Source of the DNA: a virus
Virus record (IMG/VR): IMGVR_UViG_3300023174_000052
Coordinates: 111,595-175,594 of that record
DNA length: 64,000 nt
Strand: one strand, 5' to 3'
Shown here: piece after piece, positions 29,901 to 39,882 of the stretch
Position numbering within the stretch: the stretch's first letter is position 1
Layout of the letters: every line of letters starts with the position of its first letter
Notes under the pieces: model-generated
Databases searched by the model: none
Told to the model about the DNA's origin: nothing
Seen by the model: only the letters and a program-made list of their open reading frames with translations
Made by a program: the position numbers and the translations under genes

Positions 29901-31462
29901 AAAGAATTTTCATGTTGTGATCTTTTTTCCACCCAACAGCCTTTTATGGGCGAATAATACAAAAAACCTGTTCCTGCTACGCCTAGGTCCAGACTTTTAT
30001 ATGAATTGTCAAGTCGACCATGGCGATCTAGCGCGGAACTTAGAAACATGGAATAGTTTGTTGTAGCGTACTGGAGGGTTTTTGCAGATTTAGAATCCGT
30101 TCTTCCAGCGTATTGTAGATTATCGTTTCTTTGCACCGATGATATGTCTATTTTAATTGCTGTGGATGCAGTCGTTCCATCTATACAATTTAACATAGAT
30201 TTTTGTAATAATTCTTCGAATGGCTTTTCTTTAGTACTTTTTCTACCATCTTTTAAATTATTTTGAATGATGATAGAATTTAAATTCGTCGAAAGTTCTA
30301 AACTTTCTTCGCCGTCGAAAGAATCAATCAAAGAATTTTTTCCAACGTAAGAAGCTCGATTACCAAGTATAGTCTTAGTATCGTCGAATGCCCCCTCGGA
30401 ATTATTATTTAAAATTAAACCTAAATCTAACTTTCTAGGTGGCTTTGAAATAGACGTGAAGCGTTCTACGTATACACCATCTAACGTGCCTTTATGTAAC
30501 GCGATTATTTCTTCATCACTTAAAATTCTATCCCATTTAGATAATTGAAAATAAGAATGATTTGCGAGAAATAATCTATCATTATTACTGGACATAAAGT
30601 CCTGGTATTTTGGCGCAAAATAAGAAGCCGTCCCTAAAATAGGAAAAATTATTTTTCCGTCTTTTAATAATTGATTTTCGCCTATGACACCATCGCCAGG
30701 CGATAGACGATTTAATGGTTTATCACCCGATTCGTTTGAATAATTCTGTAAATATAGAGAACGTCTTTCGCCATTAATCCATACGTCGCAAATACCATTA
30801 GAACCATTTTTTCTAGTTTTGTTTCTTATTACGACGTGTGTCCACTCGCCAAATGGAATATTTTTTTCATTTGCGAATTCTGATGGATAATTTAAACTAA
30901 CGCTTTGTTCTACATATGACCTGGTTATTAGGTTCGTATTATCAAACGTGTCGCAAAAATTAAACGTATAGTCTGGGTCAGATGCAACGTAAAAGTTTCT
31001 TAAGCCAAAGTACGATCGTAAACCATCACCTGTACTATTCTTTTTTAAATAAGTAGAAAATCGTATCGTTTTCGTTATAGGTGGAGAAATAATTGGTCTA
31101 ACTGCGATATAATCAAACTGTCTATTTACTGTTGAATCATAATTTGGCGAAAATCCGGTGTCGATAAATTTTACCCAAAAAGAAATAGTAAAATTATCAT
31201 TTGCCCAAGATATATTCGGAATTAAATTTGAAAAACATTCAGACCCGTTAATCGTAGCGCCAGTGTGATTTGCAGGACCTGGCGAGGACGTGTGTCCTGA
31301 TCCTCCTAAAATATCACCTGTGAAACGTTCAATTACGTTTGAACCGTCCCATTGTATCTCGAAATGTAAATCTCTCGATAAATCTATAACACGGCCACCA
31401 GATCTAACTGAAAATGGTTTCATTAAATCTATCGATGTGAGTTCGCCTCTTAGTCGTGCCAT
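26918..31462 (-). CDS. Large virion protein with two LamG domains
   Basis: FTISFWVKF...EWTHVVI...WINGE...KWDRILSDEEI, and LSISFWVKF...KWHHFVVTYDG...IFIDR...IWKRSLAQEYI. Confidence 0.8.
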   Translation of the reverse strand: MARLRGELTSIDLMKPFSVRSGGRVIDLSRDLHFEIQWDGSNVIERFTGDILGGSGHTSSPGPANHTGATINGSECFSNLIPNISWANDNFTISFWVKFIDTGFSPNYDSTVNRQFDYIAVRPIISPPITKTIRFSTYLKKNSTGDGLRSYFGLRNFYVASDPDYTFNFCDTFDNTNLITRSYVEQSVSLNYPSEFANEKNIPFGEWTHVVIRNKTRKNGSNGICDVWINGERRSLYLQNYSNESGDKPLNRLSPGDGVIGENQLLKDGKIIFPILGTASYFAPKYQDFMSSNNDRLFLANHSYFQLSKWDRILSDEEIIALHKGTLDGVYVERFTSISKPPRKLDLGLILNNNSEGAFDDTKTILGNRASYVGKNSLIDSFDGEESLELSTNLNSIIIQNNLKDGRKSTKEKPFEELLQKSMLNCIDGTTASTAIKIDISSVQRNDNLQYAGRTDSKSAKTLQYATTNYSMFLSSALDRHGRLDNSYKSLDLGVAGTGFLYYSPIKGCWVEKRSQHENSLGTNTQTKDSNGAVNTIEVNSYANDDHDGGWLSFDLDIFSQYSNNAANLNLVTGTFVSYSDLRYTYSSKLQVTGTNEIMRQFTASPQLGYFTSKKEHLQRAGYENVGSPTIVFGAPFSPKYHAFNDESIKLDKFISSPLLLKKVILKIPVEIQRINEINEGQYIDLYKPAAYFNFESTASSPDTIPDRSGNDHIATLSNLATVDINDTPGNITGRGSLDLTYDALTTLTNDNLVVDNSNDIKLGIDGLSISFWVKFSDFAPGKNHNLFAKVSSTGLDSEYYFFYDRATDRLRFRISDIASSIYSTDYIERSVSSAVANGYIQDSKWHHFVVTYDGSNSSTGMKIFIDRIRRDNTSSSSGTFTTARSHTFKLFFGSRGTDTADLRGKIASITIWKRSLAQEYIDLLYSNCLNSFEYSWNWTENVTMRKDMDNYVFFLYRQRRANSSNAIDSLQDISSSMRFLIGSGSVCVYNSSSFGLSNRDGFSEQFGINTPVVSSLIPGVPATFELNEVFRRSNAGEDLITGESLENISSPLHTPAVSFNTNLNDFSDNSTYIEKKYLEIQIDPAYVLGGYPNSTLMYVTTSKGHLSTSFHGRLNLPAFDPTLANRLFNWYPQKGTNAFLEQNTTPPISTIFQNFWFGGTQQPVVVASASDGYEPPGSIERVPITPYYQFDNDIDILRNQNSLLQWPKFSDFTAYGLGFVNLGSTAPEFDIEIARTGFSFYNLISTPFNTSIQIVNDSRGITATLAKNAKPPLAAVFQRSEIITASTYNDEPSVYLTGTFTIKTGLDGCSFSDLLSSLTIGYSPSSPNAGRNVYNPYILLPEDELVLGLDAGITPPPDIAPYFGKNLTDYNENGSNKPAQKAFVNPILKEQIWHYAGNSYMRILPGSAEMILIGDYIRDGEKVEMIRTINSSNMSTTIGNDPVLDQYDNAEVSAYVGTYQSQVITGTMSNNTRGVDYDAALRVDSRSGTVGRFVVASNDSISLLDQYVSGVLR

Positions 31463-31465
31463 GTG

Positions 31466-32335
31466 CTAAATCCCCTTTTGATCCAAAAACGCGATAGAAT
31501 CCGTACCGTTTTCGTTATCAATAAATGTATAACCAGCACACGCAGAAATATACGTTTTTCCCACATCATCGAATGCTGTCGTAGAGTTAGATAACGCATT
31601 CGCAAAATCTTCGCCAACTATCTGCGCGAATTCTAATTCTTTTGTTCGTTCTCTAAAAGGAGATTTTCCTGTTGGATCTTCTGCGAAATAACCTGCTTTT
31701 TGTTCTATCGGTCTATTTGAATCGTCTCCATATTCCAGAAATGGTCTTGTACCTGCATCGTATCCTACAATTGTTTTGCGTTGTTCTATAAGCACGCTAT
31801 ATCCGAATGGATCTTCGTGTGCGTTTGCTATAGAAGCTCTTGGTCGTCGAGCAGATTCGGGTCTATCTATAGTCTGTCGAGTCGCGTAATCTCTTATGGA
31901 TAACGGCTCTATAACGCCGTCCATTGAACCAGGGTCTATTTTTCCAGGTGTATCCAGAACGTAAGGATATAAAAGATCTATTAATTGGTATCCTGAACTT
32001 GGATCTCCTTGCATTTCAATATAGCTTGTAGCATTAGCATACGTAAATTCTTCGAAGGGAGTATCATCATTAAATAATTTTAATCTACCGAGATCTCTAT
32101 TTTCTATTTCGTGAGTTGGTACAAAGAATTTTTTAACAGAATTTATTTTATCGACTTGTCCATCGTCGAATGGTCCATTTTTTTGCTTTATGATTCCATC
32201 GATTACTATTCTAGAATCACCATTCGCCATTATTCTTGGTAACGTCGTACTAAACACATCGTCGTACGTTTTAATTTCAACGCCTTGACGACTGTATAAA
32301 CCGTCTAGAGACTGTGAGATTATTTGAGATGACAT
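31466..32335 (-). CDS. Hypothetical baseplate-module protein
   Basis: 289 aa, translationally coupled; ends GTDSIAF. Confidence 0.65.
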   Translation of the reverse strand: MSSQIISQSLDGLYSRQGVEIKTYDDVFSTTLPRIMANGDSRIVIDGIIKQKNGPFDDGQVDKINSVKKFFVPTHEIENRDLGRLKLFNDDTPFEEFTYANATSYIEMQGDPSSGYQLIDLLYPYVLDTPGKIDPGSMDGVIEPLSIRDYATRQTIDRPESARRPRASIANAHEDPFGYSVLIEQRKTIVGYDAGTRPFLEYGDDSNRPIEQKAGYFAEDPTGKSPFRERTKELEFAQIVGEDFANALSNSTTAFDDVGKTYISACAGYTFIDNENGTDSIAFLDQKGI

Positions 32336-35300
32336 TAAAATCTCCTGACGTTCGTACTTAATTTCGCTAGACCTATTGTTCCTCTAAGATTTCTGCGATT
32401 ATTTTCGCCGAGATACAAATCGCCCCAATGATATTTCATTTTTGTTCTTTCAAGCATGTGACTCTCTACAACAAGATTGACGCCTAAAAATCTCGAATTA
32501 GCAGGTAAAAACTGTTCTATTAATCGCGATAATGTAGATTCAAACCATTTACTAAACAACACTACGTTTGAATATTCGGGTATGCCTGTCAATCGATTGA
32601 AATATACATCTCTCATATCTTCAAGATCAGGATAGCTATCGTCGAATAAACTGGTAGGATCACCGATCGCATTATCGATAATCGTTAAATCAGAAAACAT
32701 TTTGATAATGTCTTCATTTAAACCTTGGACTATTGATATTTCTATTCCAAAACGATTGTCGTCATTACCCTGTTCGTATTTCGGTACTTCATAAATTGGA
32801 GCTATTTCAACTCCTGCAGCTTTCGCTAGCGCGTATGATTGAAACGATCGAATTCTTACCTTATTATCCGTACTACGTTCGTCGAATTTCGGATCAAGCG
32901 ATGAAAAAATGATATCATCAGAACCTAAGATTGTTTCGTTTGCAAAAAATCCTGAACCTGACAGGTGTAAATTATTTTGTGAATAATCGAATATAATAAT
33001 TTTTCCATAAGAATCGGCGTTAATTTCTTCTTGATCGAATGACGTGTCTAGTCTCAAACGTTCGAAAGATCCGGATTCGAGAGTAGTAAAATTAAAATTT
33101 ACCAATGGATTTTTGACACCAAGAGATTCATGATTCGTAACGTGTTCGTACCATTCAGTATCAAATAAATATTTAGAATAAAATTTGACACCTGACACCT
33201 CGCCACCGAACGTAGATAAAGTTGATCCTGGTAACGTGTACGGATCAATAAAACTTGTGTTAATACTACCTACGTAATTTCCTAATTGAAAACATGTACC
33301 TGACGCGTTATTTATCGAGTTTATATTCGACAAAACGTCTGATGTATTACTAGAATTTGTTAAATATAAAATTTCTTCGTCCAATATTATCGGTTGACCT
33401 GCTTGTTGTTTGCCTAGTCTCAAAAAGTATTTACTTTCAAAATCACCTATTTTTTGTCGACCAAAGCTTATATGCCATCTATCTCCATCATATAGCGTTC
33501 TTCCGTCTATCGATATAGAAAAGGCATTTGAGGAAATAGTGTCAGTAGAACCGTATAATGTCAAAGTAGCTATATTGTCGTCTTTAGATCCACTTTTCGA
33601 TGCAATAAGATTAAATAATAAGCCCGTTCCGAACGAACCTGTCGTATAAAATCTAACAAGCGATTCATTAGAATAAGAAACGTCATCCTGAAATCTATAC
33701 GTTGCTTCATATGTCCACGATGAACTAGTAAATAATCCGTCTGAGACATCGTCGCTACCATATAAACCGATATTTCCTTGCGGTTCCGGAACCCCAGGTT
33801 CTATTCGAGATCCCGACAGGAATGGCGAAGTGATTGTGTATCCTGTCTTTGGTAATAATTTACCTGCAGAAATTCTACGAGGTCGTCGAGCTTCTATTAC
33901 ACCTTCACGAGCGCCACCATACTCTCGCAATCTAATAGACGTATCTGGATTTACTCCGAATGCTCTTATTAATTCTTTAACTGAAGATATCGTGCCCTTT
34001 TCTCTTAAAATAGTTGGTATAGAAGCAAGCAATCGACGCCAAATTTGCGATTGAATTTCTTGTAACGTCATTGTATTACTTGAAGATTCTACTCCAAAAT
34101 CATTTCCATCTATTTCATCGTTCGGTTTTATAGTAGAAAACAATTGTGGTAATTCTATACCAATATTTCTTGCTTGGTGGACTAAAAATTGATCTGATAT
34201 TGAACCCATATCAACGTATTCGAACGATTCTATTTTTGAAAAATGATCTAAATAAATTTTCATTTCGTCGAATTGTTTTGCCCAAACATATAACAATGCC
34301 GATAGTATTTGCGCTGCGCCGAGTTTAGAATTACCCGGCCGATTTCCACTGGCAGGATACGTTTCGACGACAGGACCTTCGTCAGTCTCAAACCCCTGTT
34401 CAAGTCTACCTTCGAAAAAATAGTGAGGTGGTACAAGACGAGTTATAAGATTTGGATTTATTTCATCATACTTTGAAGCAGATAGCAATAATTTTTGATT
34501 TAACGTAATTAATTCGTCATAATCTGGGAAAAGAATCGGATTTTCTTTTAATGCTTCTTTAAACGTTGCGAGACCGTCGAGATTCGACCTAAGTGTGTCT
34601 ACGTATCCGATTACATTAGAGTGTAATCCATTACCACTATGATCTAATATAAGAGTTTTTTGAGAATAACTACCAGATGGTTCGTTAAATTTATAGAATA
34701 ATTTTAAATTATCTTCAGGATATTGGCTGGAAGATATAGCCATTTTAATTTTTTCACTCGATCTATTTCCATGAAATATTTTAAAATCGTCGAGCGATGC
34801 AGATAAATTTTGTTTTGGCAAAAATACGTTAGAACCATACGTATGCGAACTTCCTGTTCCTATTGTAAGAAGTGAGCCGACGGTATTAAATTCATAAAAT
34901 TCATAAGATCTAGAACTTGATGATGCTAAAATTCCGTCCAAATACAATAACGTTCTATTCGAACTCGGTCGTCGATTAAAACAAGCTGCAATATCTATCC
35001 AGTTTCCTTTATTAATTGAGTATGATGAGCTAAGATGCGCAGAGCCAGATGATACTATAAAAATTAAATCGCATTTTGTTGTTGAAGTCGAAGCTGATAT
35101 CGCCAGTGTATAACCACTTGTCGACGATAATCTTTGTAATAAAACTTGATTATCATTAATTTGTTCGGGGAAAAACGCTTTAAACTGAAACGATATACTT
35201 CCATTGCCTGGATCTAAGACCGGTTGTCCATCTACTTTTTTCGATATATCGGGAGCCATAGCTCCTGGGACATCGTTAACTTCAATGTATGAATTTTTAA

Positions 35301-35667
35301 AGTGCAACGCGCCGCGATGTTTAGGAAAGTTATCAAAAATCCATTTTTCAAAACCTGTTAATCCATCCAAAAAATTTTCTATATCTATCTTTTGTCCATC
35401 AAATGGAAAACCGTTTATTATTTCATCAAAAGCAACATTAACATTAACTTCGGCGCTGCTAAAAAACGTGTGATTTTCGAATACAGACCAATCCAGAGGT
35501 ATTTGCTGAGTTGAACGTAATGGACTTCCTGGTGGATCGTTTTTAAACGATGTCGTTCCAGATTCTATCGATTTAAAATCGGCCCCTCTCATAGTTAGAA
35601 GTGCTGATCCCTCTGACGAAAATCGAGATAGACCGGGTGATCCCAAGAAATCTTTTATTGTTCTCAT
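32335..35667 (-). CDS. Baseplate wedge protein (T4 gp7/P2 gpI-like core) with two LamG domains
   Basis: IWRRLLASIPTILREKGTISSVKELIRAFG...IRLREYG wedge motif; LamG-like LYLDG...LDDFKIF and RWHISF...FGGEVSGVKFY. Confidence 0.75.
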   Translation of the reverse strand: MRTIKDFLGSPGLSRFSSEGSALLTMRGADFKSIESGTTSFKNDPPGSPLRSTQQIPLDWSVFENHTFFSSAEVNVNVAFDEIINGFPFDGQKIDIENFLDGLTGFEKWIFDNFPKHRGALHFKNSYIEVNDVPGAMAPDISKKVDGQPVLDPGNGSISFQFKAFFPEQINDNQVLLQRLSSTSGYTLAISASTSTTKCDLIFIVSSGSAHLSSSYSINKGNWIDIAACFNRRPSSNRTLLYLDGILASSSSRSYEFYEFNTVGSLLTIGTGSSHTYGSNVFLPKQNLSASLDDFKIFHGNRSSEKIKMAISSSQYPEDNLKLFYKFNEPSGSYSQKTLILDHSGNGLHSNVIGYVDTLRSNLDGLATFKEALKENPILFPDYDELITLNQKLLLSASKYDEINPNLITRLVPPHYFFEGRLEQGFETDEGPVVETYPASGNRPGNSKLGAAQILSALLYVWAKQFDEMKIYLDHFSKIESFEYVDMGSISDQFLVHQARNIGIELPQLFSTIKPNDEIDGNDFGVESSSNTMTLQEIQSQIWRRLLASIPTILREKGTISSVKELIRAFGVNPDTSIRLREYGGAREGVIEARRPRRISAGKLLPKTGYTITSPFLSGSRIEPGVPEPQGNIGLYGSDDVSDGLFTSSSWTYEATYRFQDDVSYSNESLVRFYTTGSFGTGLLFNLIASKSGSKDDNIATLTLYGSTDTISSNAFSISIDGRTLYDGDRWHISFGRQKIGDFESKYFLRLGKQQAGQPIILDEEILYLTNSSNTSDVLSNINSINNASGTCFQLGNYVGSINTSFIDPYTLPGSTLSTFGGEVSGVKFYSKYLFDTEWYEHVTNHESLGVKNPLVNFNFTTLESGSFERLRLDTSFDQEEINADSYGKIIIFDYSQNNLHLSGSGFFANETILGSDDIIFSSLDPKFDERSTDNKVRIRSFQSYALAKAAGVEIAPIYEVPKYEQGNDDNRFGIEISIVQGLNEDIIKMFSDLTIIDNAIGDPTSLFDDSYPDLEDMRDVYFNRLTGIPEYSNVVLFSKWFESTLSRLIEQFLPANSRFLGVNLVVESHMLERTKMKYHWGDLYLGENNRRNLRGTIGLAKLSTNVRRF

Positions 35668-35668
35668 A

Positions 35669-37159
35669 TTACACCTTCACAATAAAGACGTAATTTTCAT
35701 CAGCAATAATTCTTTCCGCGCCTGCATATAACACTTTAAATTCCAATGCAAGAGGTCTTCCTTTTGGAAACGGGGTCGAATTGACATTAACATAATTACC
35801 AGATGCATCAAGAGATAACCTTGTATAATTTTTATCAAAATCAAAAATCAAGGCTTGCGTTTGTAAATCTTTTACTCGATATTGTGCGTCTAATATTTTT
35901 AAAGGTTGTCTTTCGTAACTAAATTTGACTGCATCTTCTTCAAGTGCTATATCATAGAAAGAAGTTTTTACATAAAAACTTTCTCCCCATTTGACTTCCT
36001 GTGGTCCATCGCATCTAGATATTAAACGAACGCGTTCTGTGATCGTAGGAGACGCGTCGCCAGAACCTATCGTTATGCTACCCGTGTAAAATATTTTTGT
36101 ACCATCCAAACTCTTCCAGGTCTCATCAAATGTTATAGAACCACTTTTGGCGATATGTTGAGCTAACGTTAAACTACCAGAAACTATACCTACGTCGTTC
36201 GAAGAGATAGAGAATGGTAGCACATACATTCCTGTAATGGGAGCGCCCAGGAGCTTCTGAGAGCCCGTATGTATCGAATTATACGATCCTGTGGATAACT
36301 GAACTATTATGCAATTGTCGCCTACTAACTGTTGCCCGCCTGCTAACGTTAAATTAGCTGGCGCGCTTGATTTTCTTGACGACAAATATATGCTTCCTGT
36401 AGTATCAAATACTAAATCACTTCTTTGATCGACAATAGAATCATCAAATTTAATTTCTAATCGTGGTGAAAGATATTCGTTTTTAACGTGTCTTGACCCG
36501 AATCTTTTTACGAATCTAGAGACATTATCATTTTCTTGAGAACCCGTAAATGAAATCCTAAATCCATTATTTTCCAAAAGTCCTGATAGCGTTGAACTAA
36601 CTATTAATTTAACATCAATATCAAGATCTTCTATACCCAAAATAAAATCTTGTTTAGACTCTAAAGAAATCGAACTAGAACCCAACATGATATTAGAATA
36701 ATAATCTATATTCGAATCGCCTACGAAACCAGATGCTTCGCATCCACTAGTGTACCAAGTTATTAAATTACTAGCTGATAAAAAATTTGCGCTTCCTACA
36801 TCTGCAAACGAAATTACATCTCTTCCCATACCTTCTTCGAATGGTATCGCTAAAGGAAATACTGACACTGTAAAATTACTGGGGCAAGGATTTCCAGTTG
36901 TAATTGTGTGTAACTTAAGTCTTGCTTCGAAATTATTACTATCAAAAATAGAAGACGATAAAATTCTTAATTGTTCTATATCAAATTTAATTAAAATTCT
37001 CGATAATTCTTTAACGTTATTTGTGATATCTACTTCATCGTATAAATAAAATAAATCGAGAGTTCCCGCTTTTCCCACGTTCGATTCAATCGATGGTCGA
37101 GAATCGATGTATTTATTCGTGATGTATGTATCTGCAGAAGCTGTAAGAGAAATTATCAT
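35669..37159 (-). CDS. DNRLRE/CBM96-like domain virion protein
   Basis: ASADTYI...NVG...SRILIKFD...ARLKL...PRLEIKFDD pattern, followed by Ig-like segments. Confidence 0.65.
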   Translation of the reverse strand: MIISLTASADTYITNKYIDSRPSIESNVGKAGTLDLFYLYDEVDITNNVKELSRILIKFDIEQLRILSSSIFDSNNFEARLKLHTITTGNPCPSNFTVSVFPLAIPFEEGMGRDVISFADVGSANFLSASNLITWYTSGCEASGFVGDSNIDYYSNIMLGSSSISLESKQDFILGIEDLDIDVKLIVSSTLSGLLENNGFRISFTGSQENDNVSRFVKRFGSRHVKNEYLSPRLEIKFDDSIVDQRSDLVFDTTGSIYLSSRKSSAPANLTLAGGQQLVGDNCIIVQLSTGSYNSIHTGSQKLLGAPITGMYVLPFSISSNDVGIVSGSLTLAQHIAKSGSITFDETWKSLDGTKIFYTGSITIGSGDASPTITERVRLISRCDGPQEVKWGESFYVKTSFYDIALEEDAVKFSYERQPLKILDAQYRVKDLQTQALIFDFDKNYTRLSLDASGNYVNVNSTPFPKGRPLALEFKVLYAGAERIIADENYVFIVKV

Positions 37160-38991
37160 TAGCTCGTACTCACAATTATGTCAAAGTTTGGGTATCGTAA
37201 CTCGAAAATAGAACCAGGTGAACCAATCACAAGACCTTTCGTCGTATTGGACTGCATGTCGAAAAATATTCCCGGGTAGTCTCGACCATCATGTTGACCG
37301 CTCACATTAAAAAATTCCAATCTTATTAAAGAAAGTACACCAGGAATATTGATAACACTTGACATTATATCTGCTATAACGATCGGTTGATCAATTTGAA
37401 ATTTTCTTGTCTCTAATAATGTTTGCAACGTAGAAATTACATTCTTTATAACATCAGCAGGATTTGTATCCGGAGCAGGAACTATTGATAGAGATATCGC
37501 GTAGTTAATAATCGCAGCGTCTACTACATCAATTGCGTCTGATATTAAACGATATTCATTGATATACGTTTTTAAATTTTGTTTAAGTGTATCTGGTGCT
37601 AAAATTAAGCGATTTGAATTGTCGCGTGACAAAACGAATAATTGTGAAGAGAGCGGGTTATTTGGATTTTGTCTAACACCTGCTCGATATACGCTACCAA
37701 ATTTAGATGGTAGTGAATAAACTCTTGATAAAAGGTCGGCTTTTGTAACAATCCGAGATTGTGAATTTCGAGCTGCGGGTATTAACGATCTTAACGTGTC
37801 TATTGTCGGAGCAGATGCTCCACCTGTTGCCGGTTCATTATTAGTAACATCGACCGATGCTCTGACTGCGCTGGCTAAGGATGCTGATGCTCCATTCTTA
37901 AAATCGATTCGCAAAGTCTTTATAGATCTTATTGAATTGACAGCAACATTATGAGTCAAACCACCACCTGCTCTATAGGTTATTATTAATGTTGTGGATA
38001 CTGGCGCGACTCCAAGTGTTTTGCTTTTTAATAGACTATTTGGGTCTATTGAAAATTTAGTCATCGTATTTTTTCCATACAACGGTATGACAAGCTTTGA
38101 CGGATCAGGAAATACATCGTCATCTGTCAACGATGGATCACCGCTTCCGAATAGCAGTGTTGTATTTCTACGTTGTAAATCTGTAGAAGTCATAAATCTT
38201 TTCGGAGCAGGAACTATGGTTAAATTTTTCTTAACGATATGATTGTCTTCGTTCGTGTTAACTATTCCTACGAATGCTGTGTCTTGCGTTAAACTTTCAA
38301 CCTCATACCAAGTATCACCGTCAGTATCTATAACATTAATAATTTCTGTTACGCTTGGATTGCTTAAAGATATCGTTCTATAAGGAACAAATTGCGAACC
38401 GAAAGTATAAGATTCTACATAAATTTTTCCAGAAACTCCTAATACGTCTCTTGAAAGTATAAAAGTATCGGGTTGTCCATTTTCGTCGACATCTCCAACT
38501 ATAATAGTAGCAACTAAATTTCCAAACCGATCGGTTTCAGAAAAGTCTATGTCTTCTATCGTCGTGAAAGGTACTCCATCTCTAGAAGATACTTCTGTAG
38601 CTTCTTGTATAATAGGAAGAGATGAACGATCTGGTACTCGTTTTCCAGATTCATTTATAGCGGGAACTTCAATATAAAATGATAAATTGACAGTAGATGG
38701 AGATGAGCCGATTATTTTTACGCCGCTATTTCTTATTAATCTCTCGACGTTCGAAATTTCGACTGCCTCTGACCATAACGTTTCTCTAAACTGGTGATCT
38801 AAATAGAAAGACATATTGTCTCCTACAGATGCAGCCATGTCTAATAATAAACCGCCTACAGATGCTTCGCTGAAGTCCTGAATTTTATCGGCGAAAAATG
38901 TTTTCGCATATTTTAAAAGATCGCTTCTTAATGAATTATAATCTTTCGCGAGATAATTTCTCGTAGGATTTACTTTTCTTTGACCTGCCAT
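37159..38991 (-). CDS. Baseplate wedge protein (T4 gp6 / baseplate J-like)
   Basis: YLAKDYNSLRSDL, DFSEASVGGLLLDMAA, LLFGSG, TYRAGGG, NNEPATGG, QSRIVTKADL. Confidence 0.9.
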   Translation of the reverse strand: MAGQRKVNPTRNYLAKDYNSLRSDLLKYAKTFFADKIQDFSEASVGGLLLDMAASVGDNMSFYLDHQFRETLWSEAVEISNVERLIRNSGVKIIGSSPSTVNLSFYIEVPAINESGKRVPDRSSLPIIQEATEVSSRDGVPFTTIEDIDFSETDRFGNLVATIIVGDVDENGQPDTFILSRDVLGVSGKIYVESYTFGSQFVPYRTISLSNPSVTEIINVIDTDGDTWYEVESLTQDTAFVGIVNTNEDNHIVKKNLTIVPAPKRFMTSTDLQRRNTTLLFGSGDPSLTDDDVFPDPSKLVIPLYGKNTMTKFSIDPNSLLKSKTLGVAPVSTTLIITYRAGGGLTHNVAVNSIRSIKTLRIDFKNGASASLASAVRASVDVTNNEPATGGASAPTIDTLRSLIPAARNSQSRIVTKADLLSRVYSLPSKFGSVYRAGVRQNPNNPLSSQLFVLSRDNSNRLILAPDTLKQNLKTYINEYRLISDAIDVVDAAIINYAISLSIVPAPDTNPADVIKNVISTLQTLLETRKFQIDQPIVIADIMSSVINIPGVLSLIRLEFFNVSGQHDGRDYPGIFFDMQSNTTKGLVIGSPGSIFELRYPNFDIIVSTS

Positions 38992-38992
38992 T

Positions 38993-39472
38993 TTATCCCA
39001 CCGTGTAAAGTATTACTTCTACTGCTCTTTCCCTTGTATTCGCCGAGGGGACAGAGTAAGTTATTCGTATTCCAATTCTCGCAACGCTTTCATCGATCGA
39101 TCCCAATTTAATCGGTTCAAAAGTATTAAGCGCAATATAAGGCATATATCTTGCACATGCGTATTGTATTCTTCGAATAGCCTCTTCATCAGTTTCTTCG
39201 CTGCCTAATTCAAAAGTTAATTCTTTTAAATTTGCTCCAAAATTATAGTCGAAAAGTCTTTCGCCTCGATTTGTCAAAATTAAATTTTTTAAATTATCAG
39301 CGATAACGTCTTCGATATCACTATGCATTTTAAGAAAACTATCGTCTCCATCTGACAATTCAAGAGGCGTTTTTATTCCAATCGGTGGGCGCTTTATTTG
39401 TTGCGCGGCTCTTTCTCGCTGCGCAAAAGGCTCTTCGCCAACAGATTTAAAGCTATATACTCGAGCTGTCAT
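38993..39472 (-). CDS. Baseplate gp25/GpW-like sheath-initiation protein
   Basis: NLKNLILTNRGERLFDYNFGANL motif; adjacent to the gp6-like gene. Confidence 0.9.
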   Translation of the reverse strand: MTARVYSFKSVGEEPFAQRERAAQQIKRPPIGIKTPLELSDGDDSFLKMHSDIEDVIADNLKNLILTNRGERLFDYNFGANLKELTFELGSEETDEEAIRRIQYACARYMPYIALNTFEPIKLGSIDESVARIGIRITYSVPSANTRERAVEVILYTVG

Positions 39473-39500
39473 GACAAATATGTAGGTTGTTATTCAAAGT

Positions 39501-39881
39501 TCAAGATGTTCCTGGTGACGTTGTTTTTCCAACGCCAGAATATTTTTTCCCTTCAACTTCTGTGTTAACTTCAACTTGAATATCTGATTTAATCGACACA
39601 ATAATTTCTTTAATGTATTCGTCTATAGCGAAGGCTATCCGCTCAGACAATTTTGACGTAACACTTTCTGTTATTTTTTTGATTTCTTCTTCGGTGATTT
39701 CGCCTTGTTTTTTCGAGGCTTGCAAAGATTTCATTTCAACTTTTGCGTCTTCTTGAGATTTTGAAAATGCAAATTTTATAGCTTCTTTCAAAGATAAATT
39801 CTTTTCGAATAATGACGATTTAGAATTTTGTTTATCATCGATTAATTTAAGTGGTGTATCACCAGGAGTTTTTATAGGCAT
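39501..39881 (-). CDS. Hypothetical spike-adjacent protein
   Basis: Likely ATG at 39881, directly after the upstream stop; SERIAFAIDEYIK helix then a beta-rich tail. Confidence 0.6.
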   Translation of the reverse strand: MPIKTPGDTPLKLIDDKQNSKSSLFEKNLSLKEAIKFAFSKSQEDAKVEMKSLQASKKQGEITEEEIKKITESVTSKLSERIAFAIDEYIKEIIVSIKSDIQVEVNTEVEGKKYSGVGKTTSPGTS

Positions 39882-39882
39882 A

